Shown here: positions 8,639-18,922 of the stretch, piece after piece
Layout: every line of letters begins with the position of its first letter
Position numbering within the stretch: position 1 is the first letter of the stretch
Virus record (IMG/VR): IMGVR_UViG_3300011337_000358
DNA: 64,000 nucleotides
DNA from: a virus
Taxonomy: Duplodnaviria > Heunggongvirae > Uroviricota > Caudoviricetes
Direction: 5' to 3' (one strand)
Program-made: the position numbers and the translations under genes
The notes under the pieces: model-generated
Database searches by the model: none
Told to the model about the DNA's origin: nothing
The model's input: only the letters and a program-made list of their open reading frames with translations

Positions 8639-11343
8639 GTTACGTTGACGCTATTCATAGTAGGGATGAAGACCGTATCTACGTGGTAGAACGTGATAAG
8701 AATGGCGTACGCCAGTATAAAGAATATCCTACTAACTATGTGTTGTATTACCCTGACCACAAGGGTAAACATCGTAGTATCTATGGCAATCCAGTTAGTC
8801 GTTTCAGTACACGCAAACGCACCGAGTTTGAAAAAGAAAAGCGCATCCACTCAGGTAAAACATTGTTTGAATCTGATATCAATGTAGTCTTTCGTTGTCT
8901 AAGCGAAAACTATCTTAAAGTTGATGCACCTAAACTTCATACTTGCTTCTTTGACATTGAAGTGGACTTTGATCCAGTCAAAGGATTCAGTCCTACAAGT
9001 GATCCATTCAATCCCGTAACTGCTATCAGTTGTTACTTAGATTGGCTTGACCAATGTATTACATTAGTTATTGCTCCTAAGCACATGACCACTGAGACTG
9101 CGTGGGAAATAGTTAGAGAGTTTCCTAATTGTTTTCTTTGCAATAACGAAAAGGAAATGTTTGATACATTCTTTGAATTAATTGAAGATGCTGATGTATT
9201 AACTGGCTGGAACTCAGAAGGATACGATATTCCATATATGGTCAATCGTGTTACTAGAGTAATGAGTAAAGATGATACACGCAAGTTTTGCTTGATGGGT
9301 CAGCTTCCTAAACCTCGTGAGTACGAACGATTTGGTAAGAAAGAAATGACTTACGATTTAGTCGGTAGAATTCACCTTGACTATTTACAACTTTACAAAA
9401 AGTATAACTATGAATCTCGACATTCATATAAGTTAGATGCTATCGGTGAGATGGAAGTTGGTGAAAACAAAACACAATATGAAGGTACTCTTGACCAGTT
9501 GTATAACAAAGACTTTAAAAAGTTCATTGAATACAATAGGCAAGATACAATGTTGTTGGTGAAGATTCACAACAAACTTAAGTTTTTAGAATTAGCTAAT
9601 CAACTTGCACACGAAAATACAGTACTGCTTCCAACAGTAATGGGTTCAGTGGCAATGATTGAGATGGCAATTTTTAATGAGGCCCACGAACGTGGGTTAG
9701 TTGTCCCAGATAAAAAACGAAAGGTTGAAAATGCAGAAGAAATCCAGCAGGCAGCAGGTGCCTATGTTGCTACGCCCAAAAGAGGTATGCACGAATGGGT
9801 CGGCGCCGTCGACATTAACTCGCTCTATCCCTCGGTTATTCGTGCCGTCAACATGGGAGGAGAAACGATTGTCGCACAAGTCAGACAAACATTAACCGAT
9901 CACTACATGAAAGAAAAGGGTCGTAATCTTGCTGAAGGAAAGAAATATTTCAAAGAAGGTGATGAAGATGTGACTGGTGCTATATTATGGGAGAACTTGT
10001 TCGGCTCATTAGAATATACTGCTATTATGAACCAAGAGCGTGGCACAATGCTTACTGTAGATTACGAAGATGGTCGTAGTGAAGAAATGAGTGCGGCAGA
10101 AGTATGGAAGATGATTTTTGATAGTCACAAACCCTGGATGCTCTCTGCAAACGGAACAATCTTCACATATGAAAAAGAAGGTGTTGTTCCTGGTCTACTC
10201 ACACGCTGGTATACAGAACGTAAAGTAATTCAAAAACAAGCAAAAGAAGCATATGGCACAGATATGTATGATTATTACGACAAGCGACAACTAGTTCGTA
10301 AGATTTTATTGAACTCCGCGTATGGTGCATTGTTGAACGAACATTGTCGTTTCTATGATAAGCGCATTGGTCAAAGTGTTACATTGAGTGGGCGTCAAAT
10401 CGTGCGACACATGATGAGTACAATCAATGAATCAGTAACTGGTGATTATAATCACGAAGGTCCTGCAATTGTTTATGGTGATACTGACTCATGTTATTTC
10501 ACAGCATATCCTATTCTTAAACAGCAAATTGAGAGTGGCGAACTAACTTGGGATAAAGAAACTTGTATCGGATTGTATGATGGCATCGCTGACCAAGCTA
10601 ATGAATCGTTCCCTGCATTTATGGAACGTGCATTTCATGCACCTCGCAAGAATGGTGAGATTATTAAAGCTGGTCGTGAACTGATCGGTGATCGTAGTAT
10701 CTTTATCACTAAGAAACGTTATGCTATTAACATCTTTGACAAAGAGGGCAAGCGTAAAGATAAAGACGGTGCTCTTGGTGATATCAAAGCTATGGGTCTT
10801 GACTTGAAACGTGCTGATACACCTAAGTATGTACAAGAATTCTTAATGGATGTGCTTGAGATGGTTCTTCAACGAGGTAAAAATCGTGAGGATGTAATTG
10901 AACGTGTTAAGGAATTTAAACGTGTTATGGTAGCACAGGACAGCTGGACTAAAGGTTCTCCTAAATCAGTTAATAATTTAACTAAGCATACACAAATATT
11001 TGACAAAACAGGTAAGTGTGGTGTTGGTCACGCACGTGCCGCAATCAATTGGAACTATCTACGCAGAATGAATGGGGACAACTACAGTCAACAAATTGTT
11101 GATGGTATGAAAATTATTGTATGTAAACTTAAATCTAACCCATTAGGCTTTAATAGTATTGCTTATCCGGTTGATGAATTACGATTGCCTACATGGTTCA
11201 AAGAATTACCATTTGACGATAGTGCAATGGAATCAACATTGGTTGATGAAAAGATTGACAACTTGCTTGGTGTTCTTAATTGGGACATTAAGAGTAACAT
11301 TGATGTTAAATCTACGTTTGATGACTTATTCAGTTTCGGTTAA
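8635..11343 (+). CDS. Family B DNA polymerase, T4 gp43-like
   Basis: Exonuclease I motif 'FFDIEVDF' and polymerase motif C 'VYGDTDS'. The N-terminus 'RIYVVERDKNGVRQYKEYPTNY' parallels T4 gp43 'NIVERYIDENGKERTREVEYLPTMF'. Length is 902 aa (T4 gp43 is 898 aa). TTG start overlaps the upstream stop. Confidence 0.95.
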   Translation: MSYVDAIHSRDEDRIYVVERDKNGVRQYKEYPTNYVLYYPDHKGKHRSIYGNPVSRFSTRKRTEFEKEKRIHSGKTLFESDINVVFRCLSENYLKVDAPKLHTCFFDIEVDFDPVKGFSPTSDPFNPVTAISCYLDWLDQCITLVIAPKHMTTETAWEIVREFPNCFLCNNEKEMFDTFFELIEDADVLTGWNSEGYDIPYMVNRVTRVMSKDDTRKFCLMGQLPKPREYERFGKKEMTYDLVGRIHLDYLQLYKKYNYESRHSYKLDAIGEMEVGENKTQYEGTLDQLYNKDFKKFIEYNRQDTMLLVKIHNKLKFLELANQLAHENTVLLPTVMGSVAMIEMAIFNEAHERGLVVPDKKRKVENAEEIQQAAGAYVATPKRGMHEWVGAVDINSLYPSVIRAVNMGGETIVAQVRQTLTDHYMKEKGRNLAEGKKYFKEGDEDVTGAILWENLFGSLEYTAIMNQERGTMLTVDYEDGRSEEMSAAEVWKMIFDSHKPWMLSANGTIFTYEKEGVVPGLLTRWYTERKVIQKQAKEAYGTDMYDYYDKRQLVRKILLNSAYGALLNEHCRFYDKRIGQSVTLSGRQIVRHMMSTINESVTGDYNHEGPAIVYGDTDSCYFTAYPILKQQIESGELTWDKETCIGLYDGIADQANESFPAFMERAFHAPRKNGEIIKAGRELIGDRSIFITKKRYAINIFDKEGKRKDKDGALGDIKAMGLDLKRADTPKYVQEFLMDVLEMVLQRGKNREDVIERVKEFKRVMVAQDSWTKGSPKSVNNLTKHTQIFDKTGKCGVGHARAAINWNYLRRMNGDNYSQQIVDGMKIIVCKLKSNPLGFNSIAYPVDELRLPTWFKELPFDDSAMESTLVDEKIDNLLGVLNWDIKSNIDVKSTFDDLFSFG

Positions 11344-11351
11344 ATTGCTCA

Positions 11352-11380
11352 TTGACATTTGCAATAAATGCCATTATAAT
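11352..11380 (+). promoter_or_regulatory. Sigma70-type promoter (TTGACA-17-TATAAT) for 11425-12153
   Basis: Consensus hexamers. Confidence 0.6.
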
Positions 11381-11424
11381 ACACAACATAACTACCTAAA
11401 TAGTACTATACATAAAGGAAAAAC

Positions 11425-12153
11425 ATGAAAGACTATCTTAAAGACTTAATCGACCATACACATGGTCTTGGTATTGATTTGATTAAAATCACAGGTACCG
11501 ACACAGAAACACAATTCAATGCTATTGCAGAAGATAAAAGTGTTATTGTTAGTGGAACATTTAAAAACCCAATTCACGATTTCATCGGTGTATTTGGTAT
11601 GCCTAACTTAAGCAAACTAAAAACAATCGTTGGCTTTGATGAGTATGATGAACATGCTAAAATCAATGTGTCTAAAACACAACGTGACGGTGAAGATGTT
11701 CCCGGAGCAATTCACTTTGAAACAAAGGCAGGTGACTTCATTAATGACTATCGTTTGATGTATAGAACAGTTGTTGAAGAAAAGATTAAATCTGTTGGCT
11801 TTAAAACTCCACCATGGAACGTTAGCTTTGAGCCTACTATTGCTGGCATTCAACGTTTGAAAAAACAAGCAAGTGCTAATAGCGAAGAAGAACATTTTGT
11901 TGCAAAAACTGACGGTGATGACTTGAAATACTATTTTGGTGACCCATCAACACACAGTGGTAGTTTTGTGTTTCATCCACAAGTAGGTGGTACATTATCT
12001 AAGAGTTGGTACTGGCCTGTTAAACAGGTTATTGGCATCATGGATCTAGTCGGTGATAAAATTGTTCGTATCAGTGATGCTGGTGCAACAGAAATTATTG
12101 TTGATAGTGGTTTAGCTACATATTGCTATAGACTCCCAGCACAAGCAAAATGA
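11425..12153 (+). CDS. Hypothetical protein; possible sliding-clamp (gp45-like) by position and size
   Basis: Lies immediately downstream of the polymerase. At 242 aa it is close to T4 gp45 (228 aa), with a loosely similar hydrophobic pattern ('FIGVFGMPNLSKL' vs gp45 'AIYDLNGFLGILSL'). Own promoter at 11352-11380. Confidence 0.35.
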   Translation: MKDYLKDLIDHTHGLGIDLIKITGTDTETQFNAIAEDKSVIVSGTFKNPIHDFIGVFGMPNLSKLKTIVGFDEYDEHAKINVSKTQRDGEDVPGAIHFETKAGDFINDYRLMYRTVVEEKIKSVGFKTPPWNVSFEPTIAGIQRLKKQASANSEEEHFVAKTDGDDLKYYFGDPSTHSGSFVFHPQVGGTLSKSWYWPVKQVIGIMDLVGDKIVRISDAGATEIIVDSGLATYCYRLPAQAK

Positions 12154-12542
12154 TAGACTATATACATGGTGGCGAGTATCTTAATGTTGTTAGTAACAAA
12201 GGTGCTCAGCCTTATATCAATATGAGTAGTACTCAGCCCATGATTGGTGCATTGTCTTATGACCATAGTAGTCAACATATGAAAGTATATGATGGTAATG
12301 GGTGGATGACTATTGGCGGTGGCAGTGCTACTGTCAATCTAGCACCAAATGCTATCAATATTTTAAAGTGGGCTGAACAGAAAATGCTAGAAGAAGCCGA
12401 GCGCAACAAATTAGCAGAAACAACCCCCGCTATTAGAGATTTGATGGACCAGATAAAAGAAAAAGAAGAACAGATAAAAATGGTCATGACTTTAATTAAA
12501 AGTACTGGTAATGATGCAATTAAACCCTCAATGGTACCCTAA
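12150..12542 (+). CDS. Hypothetical protein with C-terminal coiled coil
   Basis: ORF with overlap coupling. Confidence 0.5.
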   Translation: MIDYIHGGEYLNVVSNKGAQPYINMSSTQPMIGALSYDHSSQHMKVYDGNGWMTIGGGSATVNLAPNAINILKWAEQKMLEEAERNKLAETTPAIRDLMDQIKEKEEQIKMVMTLIKSTGNDAIKPSMVP

Positions 12543-14095
12543 TGGAACAAGATAATCTATCAGCAAAACAAAACCCAGAGTGGGCATTGTTCTTACCCGC
12601 AGTTAGTAGTTTTTATATTAGTGGTTTGGGTAAGCAACGTAAAGGTGAGGAGTACTTTGATAAGGCTCGTATCCCTACTCAGTTCAACGGTGATGTTGAG
12701 AAATTAAATTTCTTAAACAGTAGTGAAGGTCTCTATTATTATAAATGGGGCTTGTACAGTGCTGGTCACGCTAACTTAGATACTACTAAAGACGATGCTA
12801 GTGAATCAATCATTAGAGAACGTGAAGAAGGTACATTTATGTTGGGTGACAGTGGTGGATTTCAGATTCTTAAAGGTCAATGGCCAGCAGACTGGAAAGA
12901 TCCTAACTGCCCACGTGCTATGATTAAGCGTAAAGCTGTGTTGAATTGGATGGATACATATATGGATTATGGTATGTGTTTAGATATCCCAAGTCAATCA
13001 CTAACAACGTTTGGCATGAAAGATAAGAATGGTAATAGTCTGCATGGTATCAGTACTATTGAAGAAGCTATTACTGCCACTCACATTAACAACGAATACT
13101 TTATTAAGAATCGTAATGGGAAATGTAAGTTCTTAAATGTACTTCAAGGTCGTAATCATGGTCAGTCGGAAGACTGGTACAATGAAATGAAGAAGTACTG
13201 TGATCCAAACGTATATCCGGACAATCATTTCAATGGCTGGGCATTCGGTGGTCAGAACAAGATTGATGTACACTTGATGTTAACACGTATGGTTGATATT
13301 ATCCATGATGGATTGTTGGTAGAAGGTAAACATGATTTGATTCATTGTTTGGGTACAAGTATCTTAGAGTATGCGGTATTGTTTACTGATATTCAAAAAG
13401 CTATACGTAAATATCATAACTCAAAACTTCAGATTACATTTGACTGTGCTAGTCCATTTTATAGTGCGGCTAAAGGATTAGCATATTTCAATACTAACAT
13501 TGAGCATAATAAAAAATGGTCATACAGTATGGAAAAGACTGCTGAAAAGAAAAGTTATGCTAATGATACACGTAAATACCGTGATGCTGTGTTAGCAGAA
13601 GGCATCCATAAACTCTTTACAGATAGTCCAGTTACTGATAAACTACTACTTAAGGACATGTGTTATCGTGGTCAAGGGTTCATAGGACAACATGGTAAAG
13701 AAACTAAAACTAGTTGGGATACATTAAGTTACACATTGATTCAAAGTCATAATGTTTGGATGCATATGAATGCAGTTCAAGAGGCTAATCGTCAATATGA
13801 AACAGGTATTACTCCTAAAATGCTTATTCATAAATTTGAAGGTAGTAAGTTTTTTGGTGAAATAGTTGATGAAATTTTCTCAAAGAAAACTAAACAAGAA
13901 GCTATTGACTTGATTGATTATCATCGTAGTTATTGGATGCAATTTCAATCAGGTAGTCAGGGTATTAGTGGTAAGCGTACAGTTAATGCTATGACAATGT
14001 TTGACCAATTATTTGAAGTAAATACAGATGAACCGGAAGTTGATGAAGTCATTGAGGACAGTGATGATGAAATTTTCAAAGTACTAGGAGAATAA
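12542..14095 (+). CDS. dpdA: DpdA-like tRNA-guanine transglycosylase (TGT) family protein; likely 7-deazaguanine DNA transglycosylase
   Basis: 'MLGDSGGFQILKG' is the TGT 'DSGGFQ' catalytic-Asp block. 'ITFDCASP' matches TGT 'MFDCV' (second catalytic Asp). No CxCxxC zinc site, as in phage/bacterial DpdA. Confidence 0.8.
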   Translation: MEQDNLSAKQNPEWALFLPAVSSFYISGLGKQRKGEEYFDKARIPTQFNGDVEKLNFLNSSEGLYYYKWGLYSAGHANLDTTKDDASESIIREREEGTFMLGDSGGFQILKGQWPADWKDPNCPRAMIKRKAVLNWMDTYMDYGMCLDIPSQSLTTFGMKDKNGNSLHGISTIEEAITATHINNEYFIKNRNGKCKFLNVLQGRNHGQSEDWYNEMKKYCDPNVYPDNHFNGWAFGGQNKIDVHLMLTRMVDIIHDGLLVEGKHDLIHCLGTSILEYAVLFTDIQKAIRKYHNSKLQITFDCASPFYSAAKGLAYFNTNIEHNKKWSYSMEKTAEKKSYANDTRKYRDAVLAEGIHKLFTDSPVTDKLLLKDMCYRGQGFIGQHGKETKTSWDTLSYTLIQSHNVWMHMNAVQEANRQYETGITPKMLIHKFEGSKFFGEIVDEIFSKKTKQEAIDLIDYHRSYWMQFQSGSQGISGKRTVNAMTMFDQLFEVNTDEPEVDEVIEDSDDEIFKVLGE

Positions 14096-14096
14096 T

Positions 14097-14306
14097 ATGC
14101 CATATAAAAGCCGTATTAAAACATTAGAAGAATCACATAGATTAGTAGAAAATCAACTTTTTCAATTAGAAAAATCAAATGGTGATCCTGAAAAAATTAA
14201 AAAGTTGAGAGAGGCTAAGGAAAAGTATTTCACTGAATTACGTGCAATGAATCGGGCTCAATGGGATCATGACCATGAAACTGTAGATTTGAACGATGAC
14301 CGATGA
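14097..14306 (+). CDS. Hypothetical small coiled-coil protein
   Basis: ORF. Confidence 0.45.
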   Translation: MPYKSRIKTLEESHRLVENQLFQLEKSNGDPEKIKKLREAKEKYFTELRAMNRAQWDHDHETVDLNDDR

Positions 14307-14871
14307 TATTAAATTAATTCCCAATATACTAAAACCAGAGGTAGAGTGGGATATTAATAAACGAGTTATTGTTATTGATAACGCAATTAGCCCGGATATG
14401 TGTGATAGTATTATTAATTTTGCAACTGATAGAGTAGCAAAAGGAGTAAACAAATATCCACATGTATTTGGTATTAGTTTTCATTCATGTCTACTTCAGT
14501 TAGAACATGAAGTTCATCAATTGTTGCAACCAATATGGCAACAATCAATTAATCAATTGGGATTTGATATTGATTTCGTTGAACCATATGAAGTTAAAAA
14601 GTATACTTCTAAAGATTTCTTTGGTAAACACGTAGATAATTACTACAGTTTGACCAAAGACATAGACAGAAAGATAACAATGAGTGTACAATTGACTGAC
14701 AAATCAGAATATACTGGTGGTGAGCTATTAGTGTTAGGTAGAGACATGGGTGCTAAGTCTAAAGGTAGCGTCACTGTGTTTCCTAGCATTTTTTCACATG
14801 AAGTAAAACCCATTACTTTTGGTACACGATGGTCATTAATAAGTTGGGCTTGGGGCCCTTATTGGAAATAA
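14296..14871 (+). CDS. 2OG-Fe(II) oxygenase (prolyl-4-hydroxylase-like fold)
   Basis: HxD 'GKHVDNYY', a second His in 'FSHEVKPI' and a 2OG-binding Arg in 'TRWSLISW'. 'GGELLV' is typical. Confidence 0.65.
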   Translation: MTDDIKLIPNILKPEVEWDINKRVIVIDNAISPDMCDSIINFATDRVAKGVNKYPHVFGISFHSCLLQLEHEVHQLLQPIWQQSINQLGFDIDFVEPYEVKKYTSKDFFGKHVDNYYSLTKDIDRKITMSVQLTDKSEYTGGELLVLGRDMGAKSKGSVTVFPSIFSHEVKPITFGTRWSLISWAWGPYWK

Positions 14872-14872
14872 C

Positions 14873-15325
14873 ATGGAACAACATATTCAAGCAGAAACAG
14901 AAAAACGAGTACGCATTAAGCATCATGCAAAGCGTATGATTTTCGTAACATTTCAAAAAGAGGGTATTCATATGTACCCGGCGGCGGCAACAGATCCAGC
15001 ACTCGCAACGGGTGATGAATATGATGTTCGCTTTTTAGGAACTCCACATCGTCACATCTTTCACTTTAACGTGGCGATTGAAGTATTTCACAACGACAGG
15101 GATATTGAATTCATTCAATTTAAACGCTGGTTAGAGAATCTCTATAAAGGCGGTACACTTGAATTGAATTACAAGAGTTGTGAAATGATTAGTGATGACC
15201 TCTATGAAGTTATTGCTACTCGCTATCCCGATCGTAACATTGAGATTACCGTCAGTGAAGATGGTGAGAACGGTGCTACGATTTATTACAACACAATTAG
15301 ACCTTATCTTTCAACCGCTATTTAA
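14873..15325 (+). CDS. Hypothetical protein
   Basis: ORF. Confidence 0.5.
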   Translation: MEQHIQAETEKRVRIKHHAKRMIFVTFQKEGIHMYPAAATDPALATGDEYDVRFLGTPHRHIFHFNVAIEVFHNDRDIEFIQFKRWLENLYKGGTLELNYKSCEMISDDLYEVIATRYPDRNIEITVSEDGENGATIYYNTIRPYLSTAI

Positions 15326-15337
15326 AGGATTATCAAA

Positions 15338-15544
15338 ATGGCAAAACCAACATTTCAAACTAACCCACGTGTTCATCAAATATTTGAGGACTTGGAAAAG
15401 TATCTTGAATTCTGTCAAGAGTATGGATATAAGTATAATGAGGCAGACCTCTATGACCAACGCAGTTATGTGTTTCGTCAGTTTGCAAAATGCATGACAG
15501 GTAAGCCTGCAAAAAATCAATGGACAGAACACTCACGTCCATGA
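15338..15544 (+). CDS. Hypothetical small protein
   Basis: ORF with RBS. Confidence 0.45.
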   Translation: MAKPTFQTNPRVHQIFEDLEKYLEFCQEYGYKYNEADLYDQRSYVFRQFAKCMTGKPAKNQWTEHSRP

Positions 15545-16293
15545 AGATAGTATTAGTAACTGGTGGATTTGATCCATTACACAGCGGTCATATTGAATAT
15601 TTCAAAGCCGCAAAACAACTCGGTGACAAGTTAGTTGTCGGGGTAAACAGTGATGCATGGTTGGCTCGTAAAAAGGGCCAACCTTTTATGCCTAGCATTG
15701 AGCGTATGTCAATAATTGAAAATTTAAAAATGGTAGATCATTGTGTTATCTTTAATGATGATGATGGTTCTAGTATTGAAGCTATCAATAATGTAAAGAT
15801 GATGTATCCTGATTCTGAAATCATCTTTGCTAATGGAGGGGATAGAACATCAGCCAACATTCCAGAAATGATCTTTGATGATGTAGAATTTGTTTTTGGT
15901 GTAGGTGGCGAGAATAAAATGAACAGTAGTTCATGGATACTACGTGAATGGAAACAACCTAAAACATTGCGGCAATGGGGTTATTATCGTATACTACATG
16001 ATGTGCCCGGGACTAAAGTAAAAGAACTAACAGTAGAATCTGGAAAGAGTTTGAGTTTACAACGACACAAACATAGAGCAGAATACTGGCATGTATCAGA
16101 GGGAAGATGTGCAGTAGAACAAAGAATGCCTAATGGCTATCAACTACCTACTCTAGAATTAGATACACTAAGTCAAATAGTTATTCCTATGAATGATTGG
16201 CATAGGCTATACAATCCGTTTGATGTCCCATGTAGAATTATTGAAGTTCAATATGGTACTATGTGCGAAGAAGAAGATATAGAACGCAAATGA
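15541..16293 (+). CDS. Bifunctional nucleotidyltransferase (RfaE-domain-II / TagD-like HIGH cytidylyl/adenylyltransferase) fused to a C-terminal cupin domain
   Basis: 'VLVTGGFDPLHSGHIEYF' is the HxGH nucleotidyltransferase signature (compare RfaE 'GCFDILHAGHVSYL'). The C-terminal 'QRHKHRAEYWHVSEG' is a cupin G(X)5HXH(X)3-4E(X)6G motif. Confidence 0.7.
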   Translation: MKIVLVTGGFDPLHSGHIEYFKAAKQLGDKLVVGVNSDAWLARKKGQPFMPSIERMSIIENLKMVDHCVIFNDDDGSSIEAINNVKMMYPDSEIIFANGGDRTSANIPEMIFDDVEFVFGVGGENKMNSSSWILREWKQPKTLRQWGYYRILHDVPGTKVKELTVESGKSLSLQRHKHRAEYWHVSEGRCAVEQRMPNGYQLPTLELDTLSQIVIPMNDWHRLYNPFDVPCRIIEVQYGTMCEEEDIERK

Positions 16294-17018
16294 ATCGTGC
16301 TATCTGTGCCCCGTGCGGTGGTTTAATGAATCATGTCAGATGGTTAACATTAATGTCATCTGAATTTAAACTTCCTTTTAAAGGTAAGTTAGAATTTATG
16401 AAGGGTGTTTACGCTACCAACAGATCGCCATTTGTATGGTTAAAAAATGAATATTTTTATAGGGAACGACCTTTTATAAAGGATTTGGTATTTGGAACTC
16501 ATCACATTGAAGACTGCCTAACATTAGAAAGTCCTAGAAAAATTTTAATATTGGTTCCTTCCCCTGAATTAAGTTTCACCCATTATTTAAAGTTTAATCC
16601 ATCATTGAATGGATTATTAAAACTACGAATCAATCAGCCCTACCTTACAGTAGAAGATATAAAAAATCTGTATTTGCTTGGCATTTCGGATCACAATTAC
16701 CGTAATAAGTTGCATGATACCTCAACTAATGATATAATTACTTCAAATATTGATAAATTATATACTAATAGAGAATTAGATGTGGACACGTATCGTACTA
16801 TAACTGATTTTTTTGAGATATCAAATGAATACAACTTAGCAAATGAAGTTCACAATATGTGGTTTGATTTACAAGAACATGGTAAAAAATTAATGCTAAC
16901 ACTCTCAGAAAACGCAAAAGATGTAGAGAATTATTGGAGATTGAATCATATTGAAGCAATCAACCAATCTGATTATAATATTGCACTTAAACTTATTAAA
17001 GAGACATACGGAGAATAA
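16290..17018 (+). CDS. Hypothetical protein
   Basis: ORF; ATGA overlap. Confidence 0.5.
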   Translation: MNRAICAPCGGLMNHVRWLTLMSSEFKLPFKGKLEFMKGVYATNRSPFVWLKNEYFYRERPFIKDLVFGTHHIEDCLTLESPRKILILVPSPELSFTHYLKFNPSLNGLLKLRINQPYLTVEDIKNLYLLGISDHNYRNKLHDTSTNDIITSNIDKLYTNRELDVDTYRTITDFFEISNEYNLANEVHNMWFDLQEHGKKLMLTLSENAKDVENYWRLNHIEAINQSDYNIALKLIKETYGE

Positions 17019-18218
17019 ATGAAAACATTATATTATATGGGACTAGAACCCTACAAAGCACGTTACACTCTACAGTTACAAGAGTGGAATGAACGGGTCT
17101 TTAAACAACGTGGTATTAACTATGTCATTGTACCCGGTGAAACACTAACTAATGACCAAGCTATTGTAACTGGTCAAGTACTAGATGCACATGGTCGTAC
17201 ATACTTTGGTATGAGTCAACTTATGAATCTAGTTAAGATGATGAAGCAAGGTGAAGTAGGTGCAGGTGATATCGTATACTTTGAAGATATGTTTCAGCCG
17301 GGCATTGAGTCATTGCCATACATTATGAAACAGATTCCGATCACAAGTCGTCCTAAGATTTTTGTTCGCTGTTTAGCACAAAGTATTGACCCAGATGACT
17401 TTGTTCATGTCTGGGGTATGAGTGAATTCATGGGTCACTATGAGAAGATGGTTGATTCGTTTGTTGATGGTGTGCTTGCTAGTAACGAAGAAATGGTAAT
17501 GCACATGAAGATTGCGGGTTGGAAAGCTCCTATCTATAATATATCAGGTCTAGCATTTGGTAAAGATGAAGTTCGTAGTCGTATTAATAATAATATTAAA
17601 CCCTTTGATGAACGTAAAATGCGTATTGCTTTTAGTGCAAGATGGGACCAAGAGAAACAACCTGACTTCTACATGGATGTGATTGAAGAATTCTTTAATC
17701 GGTATGGTGAGAAGGATCGTCACGGTATATATCGTGGTGTAGAATTTTGTGTATTCAGTGGTAGCAAATTAAAAAGCAATAACGATAGTTATATGAAACG
17801 CACACACGACTTTCAAGGTCGTGGATTGTTGACAGTTTATGAAGACTTGGACAAGAATGCATATTATGAATTATTAAATGATACCAGAGTATTGTTTAAT
17901 TGTGCATTACAAGATTGGGTAAGTAATACAGTTAGTGAAGCAGATAGTTTGGGTTGTAATGTGTTGTATCCAGCATATCGCAGTTTTCCAGAAACGTTTG
18001 CAAACGACTATACAAGAATGTATGCGCCCTGGTCAGTTGAAGATGCGGCAATAAAGTTGTATAATATGTTACATCAGCCACATATAAATCAAGGAAAGAT
18101 TAGTGATTGGACTGATGGTACTATTGATAGAATCTGTGATATCTTAGAAGGTAAGGGACAACAATGGTTGCGTATGGACAAAGATTATCGCAAACATACT
18201 AGAGAAAATAAATACTAA
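17019..18218 (+). CDS. Hypothetical 399-aa protein; candidate (unsupported) glycosyltransferase by context and size
   Basis: Large ORF inside the sugar-metabolism cluster. No motif identified by eye. Confidence 0.5.
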   Translation: MKTLYYMGLEPYKARYTLQLQEWNERVFKQRGINYVIVPGETLTNDQAIVTGQVLDAHGRTYFGMSQLMNLVKMMKQGEVGAGDIVYFEDMFQPGIESLPYIMKQIPITSRPKIFVRCLAQSIDPDDFVHVWGMSEFMGHYEKMVDSFVDGVLASNEEMVMHMKIAGWKAPIYNISGLAFGKDEVRSRINNNIKPFDERKMRIAFSARWDQEKQPDFYMDVIEEFFNRYGEKDRHGIYRGVEFCVFSGSKLKSNNDSYMKRTHDFQGRGLLTVYEDLDKNAYYELLNDTRVLFNCALQDWVSNTVSEADSLGCNVLYPAYRSFPETFANDYTRMYAPWSVEDAAIKLYNMLHQPHINQGKISDWTDGTIDRICDILEGKGQQWLRMDKDYRKHTRENKY

Positions 18219-18230
18219 AAGGAGAAAATT

Positions 18231-18920
18231 ATGTTTGAAACAACTTATACAGATAATGTAAATTACCGTTCTGCTAGCGAAATTAACTCAGCAATGGGCC
18301 GTGTTTATGGTCACATGAGTCTAGCTGTCATTGTATCAATGTTAGTTAGCTATTTTGTAGGCTCTAGTCCAGAGTTACTACAATTCTTTTTTACAGGTGT
18401 ATTGAAATGGATTGTGATCTTTGCCCCATTAGCGGCAATATTTGGTGTTGCTATGGTCCTAGGTAACAACCCTAGTAAGGGCGTAGCACAACTATGTTTA
18501 CATGGATTTGCCGCACTAATGGGATTAAGTTTTGCTACAATCTTTGCTGTATTCAACATGGGTAGTATTGTAAGCTCATTTATGGGAGCAGCCATATTGT
18601 TTGGCGTTATGAGTGGCTATGGTTATTTTACTAAACAAAGTTTAGACAGTCTTGGCAAGTTTATGTTTGTTGGATTGATTGCAATAGTTATTGCCAGCAT
18701 TGTCAATATCTTTATCGGCAGTACCGTAATGCAAATGGTTATCAGTGCGTTGGCTATCATTATCTTTTTAGGATTGACTGCTTACGACACACAAAAGATT
18801 CGTGAAGAATTAAGTCTAGAAACCAGTGATAGTGCAGAAGTACGCGGTGCATTAACATTGTACATGGACTTCATTAATTTGTTTATTAACCTCTTACAAC
18901 TATTTGGTGATAGGAAATAA
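18231..18920 (+). CDS. Bax-inhibitor-1/YccA family membrane protein (FtsH modulator homolog)
   Basis: Seven-TM-like hydrophobic profile. C-terminal 'ALTLYMDFINLFINLLQLFG' matches the BI-1/YccA C-terminal signature. Strong RBS AAGGAGAAA. Confidence 0.7.
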   Translation: MFETTYTDNVNYRSASEINSAMGRVYGHMSLAVIVSMLVSYFVGSSPELLQFFFTGVLKWIVIFAPLAAIFGVAMVLGNNPSKGVAQLCLHGFAALMGLSFATIFAVFNMGSIVSSFMGAAILFGVMSGYGYFTKQSLDSLGKFMFVGLIAIVIASIVNIFIGSTVMQMVISALAIIIFLGLTAYDTQKIREELSLETSDSAEVRGALTLYMDFINLFINLLQLFGDRK

Positions 18921-18922
18921 TC

